The position numbers and the translations under genes were made by a program. A stretch of DNA of 59,578 bases from a virus, in the IMG/VR virus record IMGVR_UViG_3300045988_174428. One strand, 5' to 3'. Positions 21,878 to 31,412 of this stretch are shown here, piece by piece; within the stretch, counting starts at the first letter, position 1, and each line of letters opens with the position of its first letter. Below the pieces are notes generated by a model. The model was given only the letters and a program-made list of their open reading frames with translations. It did no database searches and had not been told where the DNA came from.

Positions 21878-23440
21878 ATGCCCGTCATTGACTTCAAGGC
21901 GGTTGCGGCTCAGTTCCAGGAGGGCGCCCGGGCGGAGCGTCTGGCCCGGGACCCGGTGGCCTGGGTGGAGGAGCGCCTGGGCGAGCACGTGTGGTCCAAG
22001 CAGCGCGAGGCATTGGCGTCCGTTATAAACAACAAGCGAACGATGGTCGCCTCTTGTCACGGTTCAGGGAAAACGTGGCTTGCGTCACGTTTGATCGGGT
22101 GGTGGCTCGACACCAAGGATACAGCACCCACCGAAACCCGCATCATCACCACCGCCCCCTCCTGGAACCAGGTCGCCAACGTCATGTGGGGGTACGTCGA
22201 CGAAGTCCGCCAGAAGGCCGGAATGCCCGGCAACATCACGGCCAAGGCGTCATGGACCTTCCCCGGCTACAAGACCCCCACCGCCTTCGGCCGCAAGCCC
22301 TCCGACTACGACGAATCCACCTTCCAGGGCATCCACGCCACCAACGTCCTCGTCGTCGTCGACGAGGCCGGGGGCGTGCCCGAGTCCATCTTCACCTCCG
22401 TCGAAGCCATCACCACCAACGCCAACGCCCGCATCCTCGCCATCGCCAACCCCGACGACCCCGGCTCCTACATGGCCAAGGTCTGGCGCGAGGAGTCCAA
22501 GAAGGCCCCCGAGGACCGCAGATGGAACCTCATCACCATCTCCGCCTTCGACACCCCCAACTTCACCGGCGAGGACGTGCCCGAGAGGGCCCGCACCAAC
22601 CTCCTCCAGAAGGAATGGGTCGAGGACGCCCGCGTGCGCTGGGGCGAAACAGACCCCCGCTGGCAGGCCAAGGTCCTCGCCCAGTTCCCCGACGTCGGCG
22701 AGGACGGCCTGTTCAACCTCGGAAGAGTACTCGTGTCGATGAATGAGTATGCGGACTTCGAGGAGCATGACGACCGGACGGTCCTCGGCGTCGACGTCGG
22801 CCTGTCCATCACCGGCGACTACTCCGTCATCGCCCTCAACCGGGGCGGGCGCGTGTCGATCCTCGACAAGGTCAAGGGCTACGACGGCAACAAGCTCGCC
22901 AGGCTCATCGGCCAGCGCGTCAAGGAGCTGGGTGGTGTCGACGAGATCCGCATCGACGCCGTCGGCGTGGGCCGGGGCGTGCAGGCCGTCCTCGACAACC
23001 ACCTGCCCGAAGGCACCCTGGTGCGCTGGATCGTCGGCAACGCGGCCTCGCCCAACAAGCTCAAGTGGTACAACTTCCGGGCCGCCATGTACGACTCGGT
23101 GTCGGAGCTCATAAACGAGGGCGCCCTGGCCATCCCCCCGGAGGGCACCTCCGACGAGCGCACCCGCGGCCTGTACGACGAGTTCCGCACCATCAAGTAC
23201 GAGTACCGGGGCACCGCCCTGCTCATCGAATCCAAGGACTCGCTCAAGCGGCGCGGCGAATCCTCGCCCGACACCATCGACGCCATCTGCTACGCCTCCA
23301 TGCCCGCCGAGGTCATCGACGGCGGCGGCAAGGACCCGATCCTCGAACTCACCCTGGACACCCCCGCAGGGCCCCGTGTCGACGAGAGCCTGATCATCGA
23401 CGAGTGGGGCAACGAGGCGTGGTCCTTCGCCCCGGCGTGA
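21878..23440 (+). CDS. terminase large subunit (520 aa)
   Basis: M11 of ORF 21848..23440. Walker A-like SCHGSGKTW and Walker B VLVVVDEAGG. Size and position upstream of the portal gene fit. Confidence 0.85.
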   Translation: MPVIDFKAVAAQFQEGARAERLARDPVAWVEERLGEHVWSKQREALASVINNKRTMVASCHGSGKTWLASRLIGWWLDTKDTAPTETRIITTAPSWNQVANVMWGYVDEVRQKAGMPGNITAKASWTFPGYKTPTAFGRKPSDYDESTFQGIHATNVLVVVDEAGGVPESIFTSVEAITTNANARILAIANPDDPGSYMAKVWREESKKAPEDRRWNLITISAFDTPNFTGEDVPERARTNLLQKEWVEDARVRWGETDPRWQAKVLAQFPDVGEDGLFNLGRVLVSMNEYADFEEHDDRTVLGVDVGLSITGDYSVIALNRGGRVSILDKVKGYDGNKLARLIGQRVKELGGVDEIRIDAVGVGRGVQAVLDNHLPEGTLVRWIVGNAASPNKLKWYNFRAAMYDSVSELINEGALAIPPEGTSDERTRGLYDEFRTIKYEYRGTALLIESKDSLKRRGESSPDTIDAICYASMPAEVIDGGGKDPILELTLDTPAGPRVDESLIIDEWGNEAWSFAPA

Positions 23441-23485
23441 CGGGATAGTATTGCCGCGGAACAAAAAGAGGAAGAAGGAGGGGCC

Positions 23486-24919
23486 GTGGGCGTCATCCGA
23501 TGGTTGGAACGGTTCGGAACCGACGGCCGTATCGAAGCGGCCATGGAATCCGCCGCCCGGGCGTTCTCCGACACCGCCGACGCCCTGACCCAGGCGTCCT
23601 TCATGAAGGAGGACGTCGGCTGGTACGACCCCTCCGGACGCGCATCCGACCTCGTACCCCTGAGCGTCATCAAGGAGCATGCCATCCGCTCACGGCGCCT
23701 GGCCACCTACAACACCATCGTCAAGCGCGGCATCAACATCCGCAACGCCTACATGTGGACCGACGTGCCCGAACCCCGCAAGATCGCCAAGCGGGTCAAG
23801 GAGAGGCTCGAACCGGTTCTCCTGGGCCGGGAGGCCAGGGTGCGCGACGAGGCCGCCTTCAACACCGACGGCATGGTCATCTACCGGGTGTCGCCCGGCG
23901 GGAATGTGGCGCCCGTGCCCATCACCCGCGTGCAGGGCATCGCCAGGGCCGAGGATGCCCTCGAAGAGGCCGACATCCACGCCCTGCTCATCACGCCCGT
24001 GCCCCTGGAGGACCCCTCGCGGGCCACCCTCCCCGACCCCGAATGGGTCATCCTCGACGGCAAGCCCCGCGTCGACGTCGTCGACCAGGGCGGCTACAAG
24101 ACCAACAAGACCGACTCGCTCGTCGTCGCCACCGTCAACCGCCTCGCCGGGGAGCAGTGGGGCAAGCCCGACCTCATGGGCGCCGTGTACTGGGCCCAGG
24201 CCTACAAGGAGTACCTGGAGGCGGGCCACGTCCTGGCCAAGGCCCTGGCCCGCGTCGCCTTCAAGGTCAAGTCCACCACCACCGCCCAGCAGCAGGCCGT
24301 CATCGACAAGATGTCCACCCTCCAGGGCACCGGGGCCACCGCCTCGCTCGGCGCCGACCAGGACCTCCTGGCCGTGTCGAAGGCCGGGGCCGGGATCGAG
24401 TTCTCCGCCGGGACGCCCCTGGCCGCCATGGTCGCCGCCGCCCTCGACGTGCCCCTGTCCGTCCTGCTCACCGACGGCTCCGCCGGCGGACGCCAGGGCG
24501 CCGAGACCGCCCTGGAGGAGCCCACGTTCAAGGCCCTGGAGCTTCGGCGCCAGGTGCACAAGGATCTCGTGCGGCGGGTTCTGCGGGCCGCCGGGTTCAA
24601 GACCGAGGTGGACCTGGCGCCCCTGTCCAACGACCTCATCCAGCGCTGGGGGCAGGTTGTGACATTGGGGCTCCAGAACGGCATCCTGCACCGCGTCGAG
24701 GCCCGCGAGCTGTTCCTGCGCCGCTTCGCCCCCGTCAACGCCAAGCCGGTGTCGGCCCTGCCCGACTGGGAGGACCTGTCGGCTCCGCAGCCGCAGCTCA
24801 ACAACGGCGGCGGCGAAGAGGAGGACCAGGGCAAGGAGGACGGCAACACAGGGGTCGGGCCCCTTTCCGACGGGACGAACTCCTCGCGCGACGGCGAAGG
24901 CAAGACGACCAACGCCTGA
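23486..24919 (+). CDS. portal protein (477 aa)
   Basis: ORF track with a GTG start after GAAGGAGGGG. Size and position directly after TerL fit. Confidence 0.7.
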   Translation: MGVIRWLERFGTDGRIEAAMESAARAFSDTADALTQASFMKEDVGWYDPSGRASDLVPLSVIKEHAIRSRRLATYNTIVKRGINIRNAYMWTDVPEPRKIAKRVKERLEPVLLGREARVRDEAAFNTDGMVIYRVSPGGNVAPVPITRVQGIARAEDALEEADIHALLITPVPLEDPSRATLPDPEWVILDGKPRVDVVDQGGYKTNKTDSLVVATVNRLAGEQWGKPDLMGAVYWAQAYKEYLEAGHVLAKALARVAFKVKSTTTAQQQAVIDKMSTLQGTGATASLGADQDLLAVSKAGAGIEFSAGTPLAAMVAAALDVPLSVLLTDGSAGGRQGAETALEEPTFKALELRRQVHKDLVRRVLRAAGFKTEVDLAPLSNDLIQRWGQVVTLGLQNGILHRVEARELFLRRFAPVNAKPVSALPDWEDLSAPQPQLNNGGGEEEDQGKEDGNTGVGPLSDGTNSSRDGEGKTTNA

Positions 24920-24957
24920 TGCACCGCGCTGTATATTAGTTCACCGGGAGGACAAAC

Positions 24958-25896
24958 ATGACGCGAACCTACTTCCGCCTCAACCAGGGCAGCGCCCTGC
25001 TGGAGGCCAAGAAGCCGGGCGAGAAGGACGACGGCGCCGGACGGTACCGCATCCGCATCATCGCGCCCGGACGCGGATCCACCGGCATGTACACCGCCCC
25101 CAACCTCGCTGAATCCGCGCCCCTCTTCGTGCCCGGCACCCACATGTTCTTCGACCACCAGACCATGACCGAGGACTGGGAGCGCCCGGAGCGCTCGGTG
25201 CGCGACCTCGCCGGAGTCTTCGAATCCGGGGCCGAGATCATGCCCGACGGGTCACTGGAGGCCGACATCAAGGTCTACCCCTCCGTCAACGGGATCATCC
25301 GCGAACGGTGGGCCGACATCGGGGTGTCGATCAACGGCTGGTCCGTTGAGGAAATAGGGCCCGACGGCGTCGTGCCGGTTCTCGCCGGAATCCAGTCCGT
25401 CGACTTCGTCACCAGGGCCGGGGCCAAGGGCGCCGTCCTGGAGGTCCTGGAATCCGACGGCCGCTGGCGCGTCAAGAACCCCCCTACCCCTTCCAACCCC
25501 ACCAACACCAATGTTCAGGAGGAACAGGCCGTGAAGCCGGAGGATATCTGCAAGGCGGTGTCGGAGGCTATGGCGGCCGCCATGCCCGCTGCCATCAAGG
25601 AGGCCGCGGCCCTGCTCGCGGCGGACCAGGAGAAGAAGGTCGCCGAGGCCAAGAAGGACGAGACGCCCGCCGTCGACCCCTACGAGGCCGCCGCCAAGGT
25701 CGCTGAGGCGCAGGACCTTCCGAAGGAGGCCCGCGCCCGCGTCATGGAGGCCGTCAAGCACGGCGCCGGTGTCGACGACGCCATCGAGGCCGAGCGCGCC
25801 TACATCAAGGCCATCGCCCCCGCGCCCGTCGTCCGCGAGGACGCCGCGGCCAAGACCGGCGGCGACGACGTCCAGGTCACCTCCTGGGCCAAGTGA
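24958..25896 (+). CDS. head scaffolding / prohead maturation protein (putative)
   Basis: ORF track. Lies between the portal and capsid genes. The C-terminal third is Ala/Glu/Lys-rich and helical, which is scaffold-like. Confidence 0.45.
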   Translation: MTRTYFRLNQGSALLEAKKPGEKDDGAGRYRIRIIAPGRGSTGMYTAPNLAESAPLFVPGTHMFFDHQTMTEDWERPERSVRDLAGVFESGAEIMPDGSLEADIKVYPSVNGIIRERWADIGVSINGWSVEEIGPDGVVPVLAGIQSVDFVTRAGAKGAVLEVLESDGRWRVKNPPTPSNPTNTNVQEEQAVKPEDICKAVSEAMAAAMPAAIKEAAALLAADQEKKVAEAKKDETPAVDPYEAAAKVAEAQDLPKEARARVMEAVKHGAGVDDAIEAERAYIKAIAPAPVVREDAAAKTGGDDVQVTSWAK

Positions 25897-25915
25897 GCGA
25901 AGGAGGACGCGAATC

Positions 25916-26413
25916 ATGATCGGAATCAACGAGTTCGGCGGTCGGAAGATCTCCGACATCCAGGTCTTCGAGTACACCGACACCCTCTCCCTGCCAGTCA
26001 GCAAGACCGACTACGGCCACAGCCACATCGGCGACATCGTCAAGGTCGGCGGCATCGTCGGCCTCCTCGTCACCGAGATCGCCGCCACCCCCGAGGAGAT
26101 CAAGAAGGCCGTCAAGGCCGTTGAGGACGCGGGCGGCACCTACATCCCCGCCACCAAGCCCACCGGCGGCTTCAACGCCCCCGGCTACGCCTCCGTGCGC
26201 ATCCGCGGCGGCGTGTTCAAGATGAGCGTCAAGCACTCCGGCGCCGTCAAGGTCGGCTCCCCCGTCTACGCCGACAAGCTCACCGACGGACGCCATGCCA
26301 TCACCACGACCAAGGGGGCCGACGGCTTCCAGGTCGGATACCTGTACAACGCCCTGCCCGCGCAGGGGACGGAGCACGTCGTGCCCGTCATCTTCGACCC
26401 GACCGCCCGCTGA
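25916..26413 (+). CDS. head decoration-like protein (165 aa)
   Basis: M50 of ORF 25769..26413 with AGGAGG upstream. Lies just upstream of the capsid gene. Resemblance to DUF2190-type proteins is from recollection only. Confidence 0.4.
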   Translation: MIGINEFGGRKISDIQVFEYTDTLSLPVSKTDYGHSHIGDIVKVGGIVGLLVTEIAATPEEIKKAVKAVEDAGGTYIPATKPTGGFNAPGYASVRIRGGVFKMSVKHSGAVKVGSPVYADKLTDGRHAITTTKGADGFQVGYLYNALPAQGTEHVVPVIFDPTAR

Positions 26414-26438
26414 CCGCGGACCGGGAAAGGAGTAACCC

Positions 26439-27656
26439 ATGATTCAGGGCAGGATCTGCGAGAACCGCAACGAGTTCGCCCACCACCTCGACCTCGCCCT
26501 CAAGGGCGTGCCCTCCTCGCAGGGCGTCGTCAAGGAGACCGTCATGATGACCCTCGGCCTGGCGCCCAGGGTCACCGAGGCCGTCACCTCCGACATGGTC
26601 GCAGGCTGGTTCACCTCCGTCGCCCAGGGCGCATTCGAGAGCCAGTACGCCGAGCAGACCACCACGTGGGAGAAGTTCGCCTCCACCGAGGCGCTGCCCT
26701 CCTTCCGCCCCACCCAGCTCTACGAGCTCGACCACGACATCGACGCCACGCTCCTGCGCGACAACGGCGGCGAGGTCGTCGTCCCCCAGACGATGCCGCG
26801 CATCCCCGAGCTCACCCCCTACCCGACGTTCGGGTACCGGGCCTCGGGGCGCTGGGTGGAGGTGCACAAGGAGGGTGTGCGCCTCCAGATGTCCTGGGAG
26901 GCGTTCATCAACGACAACTGGAACATCATCGGCCGCTTCCCCAAGGACGCCGCGTTCCTGGCCTCGCGCACCGTCGACGCCGCCGTCTACGGCGCCCTGT
27001 TCTCCCTGGACGCCGCCGCGCCCGGCTTCAACACGAACATCATCGCCGACGCCAACGCCACGGTCCTCCAGGCCCGCACCGCCGACGGCGCCTACGTGTT
27101 GCGCGATGTGCCGAAGAACTCGCCGCTGACCTTCGAGGCCCTGTGCGCCGCCATCTGGCAGGTGCGCCACACGAAGGTCAACGGCCGGTACATCCAGGTG
27201 CCCAAGTTCGTCCTGCTCGTGCCCCCGACCCTCAGGCCCATGGCCGACATGGTCACCTCCATGACGTCCATCGAGCACAAGGAGAAGGACGCGGCCGGGG
27301 CGACGTCGAACAAGACGATCCTGTCGACCACGCCGACGGCGGGCGTGGAGGTCGTCGAGTCCGACATGGTCGGCCTGCTCGGCGGACCCACCCAGGGCGA
27401 CACAAACTGGATCCTGGCCCCGGCCGGTGGCCGCACCGCCTCGCGGCGCACCATCCTGCGCACCACGCTGATGGGCATGGAGGGCGTCGAGTTGCGGGCC
27501 GCGGCCAACCAGGGCACGTCCCTGGGCGGCGGGGTCCTGTCGGCCACCTCCGGCTCGTTCGACAACGACGACATCCAGTTCCGTGCCCGCATGGTCACCG
27601 GCGGCGCCGTCCTGCACACGGACGGCATCGTCGCCTCGACCGGCCAGGGCCACTGA
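26439..27656 (+). CDS. major capsid protein (405 aa)
   Basis: ORF track. Size and position fit, and a very strong terminator follows. Confidence 0.7.
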   Translation: MIQGRICENRNEFAHHLDLALKGVPSSQGVVKETVMMTLGLAPRVTEAVTSDMVAGWFTSVAQGAFESQYAEQTTTWEKFASTEALPSFRPTQLYELDHDIDATLLRDNGGEVVVPQTMPRIPELTPYPTFGYRASGRWVEVHKEGVRLQMSWEAFINDNWNIIGRFPKDAAFLASRTVDAAVYGALFSLDAAAPGFNTNIIADANATVLQARTADGAYVLRDVPKNSPLTFEALCAAIWQVRHTKVNGRYIQVPKFVLLVPPTLRPMADMVTSMTSIEHKEKDAAGATSNKTILSTTPTAGVEVVESDMVGLLGGPTQGDTNWILAPAGGRTASRRTILRTTLMGMEGVELRAAANQGTSLGGGVLSATSGSFDNDDIQFRARMVTGGAVLHTDGIVASTGQGH

Positions 27657-27662
27657 TAGACG

Positions 27663-27705
27663 CCCCGCCCCCGGGTTGCAGGCAGAGGCCCGGGGGCGGG
27701 GTTTT
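27663..27705 (+). terminator. rho-independent terminator after the capsid gene
   Basis: CCCCGCCCCCGGG-(13 nt)-CCCGGGGGCGGGG followed by TTTT. Confidence 0.8.
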
Positions 27706-27740
27706 CCATATGAAAAGAAGAAGACGCGGAGGAGGAAAAG

Positions 27741-28121
27741 ATGCCTGTGGCGTTCAACACAAATGTGGGTAGGGTAAGGCTCCTTATCCCCGACATCGAG
27801 GAGCGCTCCGACCCCCGCGACCTGCGACTGCCCCCCTCATTCCTGTTCACCGATGAGCAGATCCAGGCCTTCCTCGACATCAACAACGGCAACGTCAAGC
27901 GCGCCGCCGCCGACGCCGTCCGCGTCATCGCCACCACGCAGTCCCTCCTCCTCAAGGTCCTGTCCACCGACGACAAGTCCACCGACGGGGCCAAGCTCGG
28001 CGCCGAGCTGCGCGCCCAGTCCAAGCGCCTCATGGACGAGGCCGACGCCGACGACAAGCGCGACATCGGCTTCGACATCGCCGAATGGACCCCTCAGCCC
28101 CGGGACTACGCATGGCACTGA
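27741..28121 (+). CDS. head-tail connector/adaptor protein (putative)
   Basis: ORF track. First of four small genes between the capsid and major tail genes. Confidence 0.4.
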   Translation: MPVAFNTNVGRVRLLIPDIEERSDPRDLRLPPSFLFTDEQIQAFLDINNGNVKRAAADAVRVIATTQSLLLKVLSTDDKSTDGAKLGAELRAQSKRLMDEADADDKRDIGFDIAEWTPQPRDYAWH

Positions 28122-28621
28122 GCTCACTCGCTTTCAAGGACCCCCACTTCGATTCCGCCGCCTACGACTTCCTGTCGCTGCTGTGCAACAGCCTCGTCGC
28201 CATCTACCCCCCGGCCGTGGGCAACGGTGAGGGCGAGGAGGACACCTGGGTTCCCGGGACCGGCGTCGTCAAGAAGAAGGTCGACCCCATCTGGCGCGGC
28301 TGGGCCGCCATCACCCCCAACAAGGACTGGCGCGCCCGCAACCGGAGGCAGTCCTACGAGGACACCGCCACCCACGCCTACCGCGTCCAGCTGTGGCACA
28401 TCGACAAGAACCTCCTCGTCCCCGCGGAGCAGTGGGGGGACCGGACCAAGCGGATCCGACTCGACTTCAACCAGCGCCTCCGTGTCGAGCGCCACGACAC
28501 CGACCCCCAGCTGGAGGGGATGGCCATGGTCATCCGCAACCCCGTCACCGACTCCGACTGGTGGCAGCCCACCCTCCTGTGCGACGTGTCCGTCAACGAC
28601 CTGCGAGGTGAGGGCTGGTGA
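28112..28621 (+). CDS. head-tail joining protein (putative)
   Basis: M10 of ORF 28085..28621. 10-nt overlap with the upstream gene. Confidence 0.4.
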   Translation: MALSSLAFKDPHFDSAAYDFLSLLCNSLVAIYPPAVGNGEGEEDTWVPGTGVVKKKVDPIWRGWAAITPNKDWRARNRRQSYEDTATHAYRVQLWHIDKNLLVPAEQWGDRTKRIRLDFNQRLRVERHDTDPQLEGMAMVIRNPVTDSDWWQPTLLCDVSVNDLRGEGW

Positions 28622-29067
28622 GCAGCACCAACGAGGGCAACCTCGTCACCATCCGGCAGACCGGCGTCAAGGACATCCGCCGGGCCCTGCGCGGCCTGGA
28701 GGAGCGGACCCTGGAGCGGGCTCTCGCCGAGGTCCGTCGGGCCGTCGACCAGGCCGCCGCCCAGGGCGTCGAGACCATCAAGTACGTCATCGACACCTCC
28801 GGCGCCGGAATGCCCTACAAGCACGACAAGAACACGGACGCCCGCGTGCACACCGGCGCCATGCGCGAATCCGTCGGGGTGCGCTGGGAGCGCGACGACA
28901 ACAGCGGGGTCACCGTGTTCATCGGCTTCATCAACACCCCCTCCTACACCGTCTTCCAGGAGGAGGGCACCCGCAAGCTCCGCGCCATGCAGGCCCTCGC
29001 CAAGGCCCGCGCCATGGCCGAGGACGACCTCGACAGCATCGCACTCACCCACGGAGCCTTGAAGTGA
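28618..29067 (+). CDS. HK97 gp10-like neck/tail-completion protein (putative)
   Basis: ORF track. GTGA overlap. The FQEEGTRKL motif resembles the F.E.GT motif of the gp10 family (recollection). Confidence 0.5.
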   Translation: MSSTNEGNLVTIRQTGVKDIRRALRGLEERTLERALAEVRRAVDQAAAQGVETIKYVIDTSGAGMPYKHDKNTDARVHTGAMRESVGVRWERDDNSGVTVFIGFINTPSYTVFQEEGTRKLRAMQALAKARAMAEDDLDSIALTHGALK

Positions 29068-29471
29068 ACGTCTACGAAGTCGACCAGGCGCTCATGGCGC
29101 ACCTGCGGGGGATCCCCGGCCTGGAGGTCGTCGAGGACGCCGTGCCCGGCGGGGCGAAGAGCCGCGACGTATACGCCGTCTTCTTCGGCGGCGACCTCAC
29201 CCCCCGCGCCAAGGCGGTGTCGATGGCTTCGCCGAGGTACTCGGCCATGATGCACACCTTCGCCGTTCTCGTCGCCGCCCGCACCGCCTCCGTCCGCAAC
29301 TCCGTGCGCGAGGAGGTCCGCAACAGGCTCGTGGGCTGGAGCGCCCCCGGTGTCGGACAGGTCCGCGAGACCGGCCAGCTCAACTCCTACGGCGACACCG
29401 ACGCCACCATCCAACCGCTCAAATATGCTTGCTACATGACGTTCCAGACCATGATCAGCGAGGCCGTCTGA
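29064..29471 (+). CDS. tail terminator-like protein (putative)
   Basis: GTG at 29064 in the frame of ORF 28227..29471 (VNVYEVDQ...). GTGA overlap. Confidence 0.4.
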   Translation: MNVYEVDQALMAHLRGIPGLEVVEDAVPGGAKSRDVYAVFFGGDLTPRAKAVSMASPRYSAMMHTFAVLVAARTASVRNSVREEVRNRLVGWSAPGVGQVRETGQLNSYGDTDATIQPLKYACYMTFQTMISEAV

Positions 29472-29680
29472 TGCCCCGCTACAGAACCCCTGAGGGGATC
29501 GTCGTGGAAAAGGACGAAGGCTACGCGCAGACGCTGCCCTCTCTGTTCGAGCCCGTACCACCCGACACCCCCCTGTCGCCGCGAGAGTGCTGCGGGGGAA
29601 CCGGGTGGATCGTGAACGGCCGGGTGGTCCATCCCGGCGACCCTGTCAACTCCAAGGAGGAGAACAACCATGGCAGCTAG
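29471..29680 (+). CDS. hypothetical protein (69 aa)
   Basis: M15 of ORF 29429..29680. TGATG junction. Confidence 0.45.
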   Translation: MPRYRTPEGIVVEKDEGYAQTLPSLFEPVPPDTPLSPRECCGGTGWIVNGRVVHPGDPVNSKEENNHGS

Positions 29681-30215
29681 CGCCGGAACCAAGATGATGC
29701 CCGGCAACATCACCGTCTGGTGGGTGCCCATCGAGAAGGCCGCCAGCCCGACCGAGGTCCTCAAGGCCGCCACCCTGAAGGACCCCGCCGTCATCAACCT
29801 CTCGTGCGCCATCGTCACCGGCTTCACCCTCAACGCCACCGACTCCGAGACGGACTCCACGGCGTCGATCTGCGACACCGCGGGCGTGTCGACCCCGACC
29901 CGTGACGCCTACGAGGCCAACCTGACGTTCTTCCGCCAGGACCTCGCCGCCGCCGACGCCACCACCTCTGTCTTCACCAAGGCGTACGAGGCGTTCAAGA
30001 AGGGCGGCGCCAAGGCCAACAAGCGCGGCTGGCTCGTCAAGCGGGTCGGCTACCCGGTCGACACCGAGCCCGCCAAGGACCAGGAGGTGTCGATCTTCCT
30101 GGTCATGCCCGACAACCCGCAGGACGTGTCCTCGGACGCCACCACCCCCATCCAGTTCACCGTGCCCTTCCTGCCGCAGGGCACCATGATCCTCAACGAG
30201 AAGCTCACCGAGTGA
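29670..30215 (+). CDS. major tail protein (181 aa)
   Basis: ORF track with AAGGAGGAG upstream. Lies before the chaperone pair and tape measure gene, and an attenuator hairpin follows. Confidence 0.65.
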   Translation: MAASAGTKMMPGNITVWWVPIEKAASPTEVLKAATLKDPAVINLSCAIVTGFTLNATDSETDSTASICDTAGVSTPTRDAYEANLTFFRQDLAAADATTSVFTKAYEAFKKGGAKANKRGWLVKRVGYPVDTEPAKDQEVSIFLVMPDNPQDVSSDATTPIQFTVPFLPQGTMILNEKLTE

Positions 30216-30235
30216 TTGTTTGACGGATACACTTG

Positions 30236-30262
30236 ACCCGGGTTCGTAAGAGCCCGGGTTTT
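30236..30262 (+). terminator. terminator/attenuator hairpin after the major tail gene
   Basis: ACCCGGG-TTCGTAAGAG-CCCGGGT followed by TTT. Confidence 0.65.
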
Positions 30263-30295
30263 GTGTTCGACAGGAAGAAAGAGGAGCCCGCTGCC

Positions 30296-30922
30296 ATGGC
30301 CGAAGAGAAGAAGAACGAGGACGAGGGCTTCGACCTCGAAGCCGCCCTCGACGGGGTGCGTCAGGCCACCAAGACCGTCAAGATCTATCTCGACGCCACC
30401 GCCGCCGATGAGGCCTTCCGACTCAACGGCGCCCTCCTGGAGGCCCGCGCCGACGCCAAGGACGGTGTCGAGCAGGTCCTGTCGATCGCCGAGGAGGCCC
30501 CCACCGTCCGCCTGGAGCGCGAGCTCAAGGAGGCCATCGCCGCCCTCGACGAGCGCGCCATGACCTTCCACCTGCGGGCGCTGGCGTCCAAGGAGATGGA
30601 CGTCATCCGCAACGTCGTCGTCAACAAGGTCAAGGCCCCCCGCAACCAGAACGAGGAGGCCGCGGGCGAGTTCCGCCGGGAGAGGCAGGGCGTCCTCAAC
30701 GAGTACTTCCTGTCGCACTCCGTTACCAATGTCGAGTACCGCGGAAAGAAGCGCAAGGGGCTCAGCCTCGACGACGCCCGCAGGCTGCACGAGACCCTGC
30801 CCGCCACCGAGTGGGACCGCCTCACCGAAACCTTCCTGGAGGCCCAGGCCGCCCTCGACGCCATGCGGCAGGTGATGGCCGACCCCACGTTTCGTTGGGC
30901 CGTGTCTGACGACGCCGAGTAA
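30296..30922 (+). CDS. tail assembly chaperone (208 aa)
   Basis: M22 of ORF 30233..30922 with GAGGAG upstream. Acidic protein directly upstream of the tape measure region. Confidence 0.6.
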   Translation: MAEEKKNEDEGFDLEAALDGVRQATKTVKIYLDATAADEAFRLNGALLEARADAKDGVEQVLSIAEEAPTVRLERELKEAIAALDERAMTFHLRALASKEMDVIRNVVVNKVKAPRNQNEEAAGEFRRERQGVLNEYFLSHSVTNVEYRGKKRKGLSLDDARRLHETLPATEWDRLTETFLEAQAALDAMRQVMADPTFRWAVSDDAE

Positions 30923-31013
30923 TCAGCAGTTCCTGCTGGCGATCTCCACCGCCGTCGACAACCACCTGCCCCCCACCCTGTACCTCGGCGGTTGGGGCGC
31001 GTACGGGCGCACC

Positions 31014-31373
31014 GTGCCCCGGTGGGATGAGATAGCCGGTGGCTTCGTGCCCGAGTACCTGCCCCAGGATTACCGTACTCCGCTCGATATCGCCCTGGAG
31101 CTCGGTTACGCCTTCTACAAGCAGTCGGTCTGCTCCAGGTGCGGGGTGCCCGCCTGGTACGGGCGGTCCATCGACGGGCGCATCGACTTCGAAACCGAGG
31201 ACATGGTCTGCTACGCCTGCCAGCACCTGGAGCAGGAGGAGAACCAGGAAGGGAAGAAGAGCGGCCGCAAACCCGGCGTCACCAAGATCGTGCGCCCCGT
31301 GGGGCTGAAGTACGAGGCGATCGGACGCCAGGACCCCCTGCCCCCGCCGTGGGAGGCGATGCGGTCGCTATAG
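31014..31373 (+). CDS. second chaperone-position ORF (CxxC...CxxC); possibly the frameshift extension of 30296..30922
   Basis: ORF track (GTG at 31014). Its frame is open from 30876 and overlaps the end of the upstream ORF in the +1 frame. Confidence 0.5.
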   Translation: MPRWDEIAGGFVPEYLPQDYRTPLDIALELGYAFYKQSVCSRCGVPAWYGRSIDGRIDFETEDMVCYACQHLEQEENQEGKKSGRKPGVTKIVRPVGLKYEAIGRQDPLPPPWEAMRSL

Positions 31374-31412
31374 AATGTTTCACGGGCGGACGAACTGATC
31401 GGAGGAGCAACC

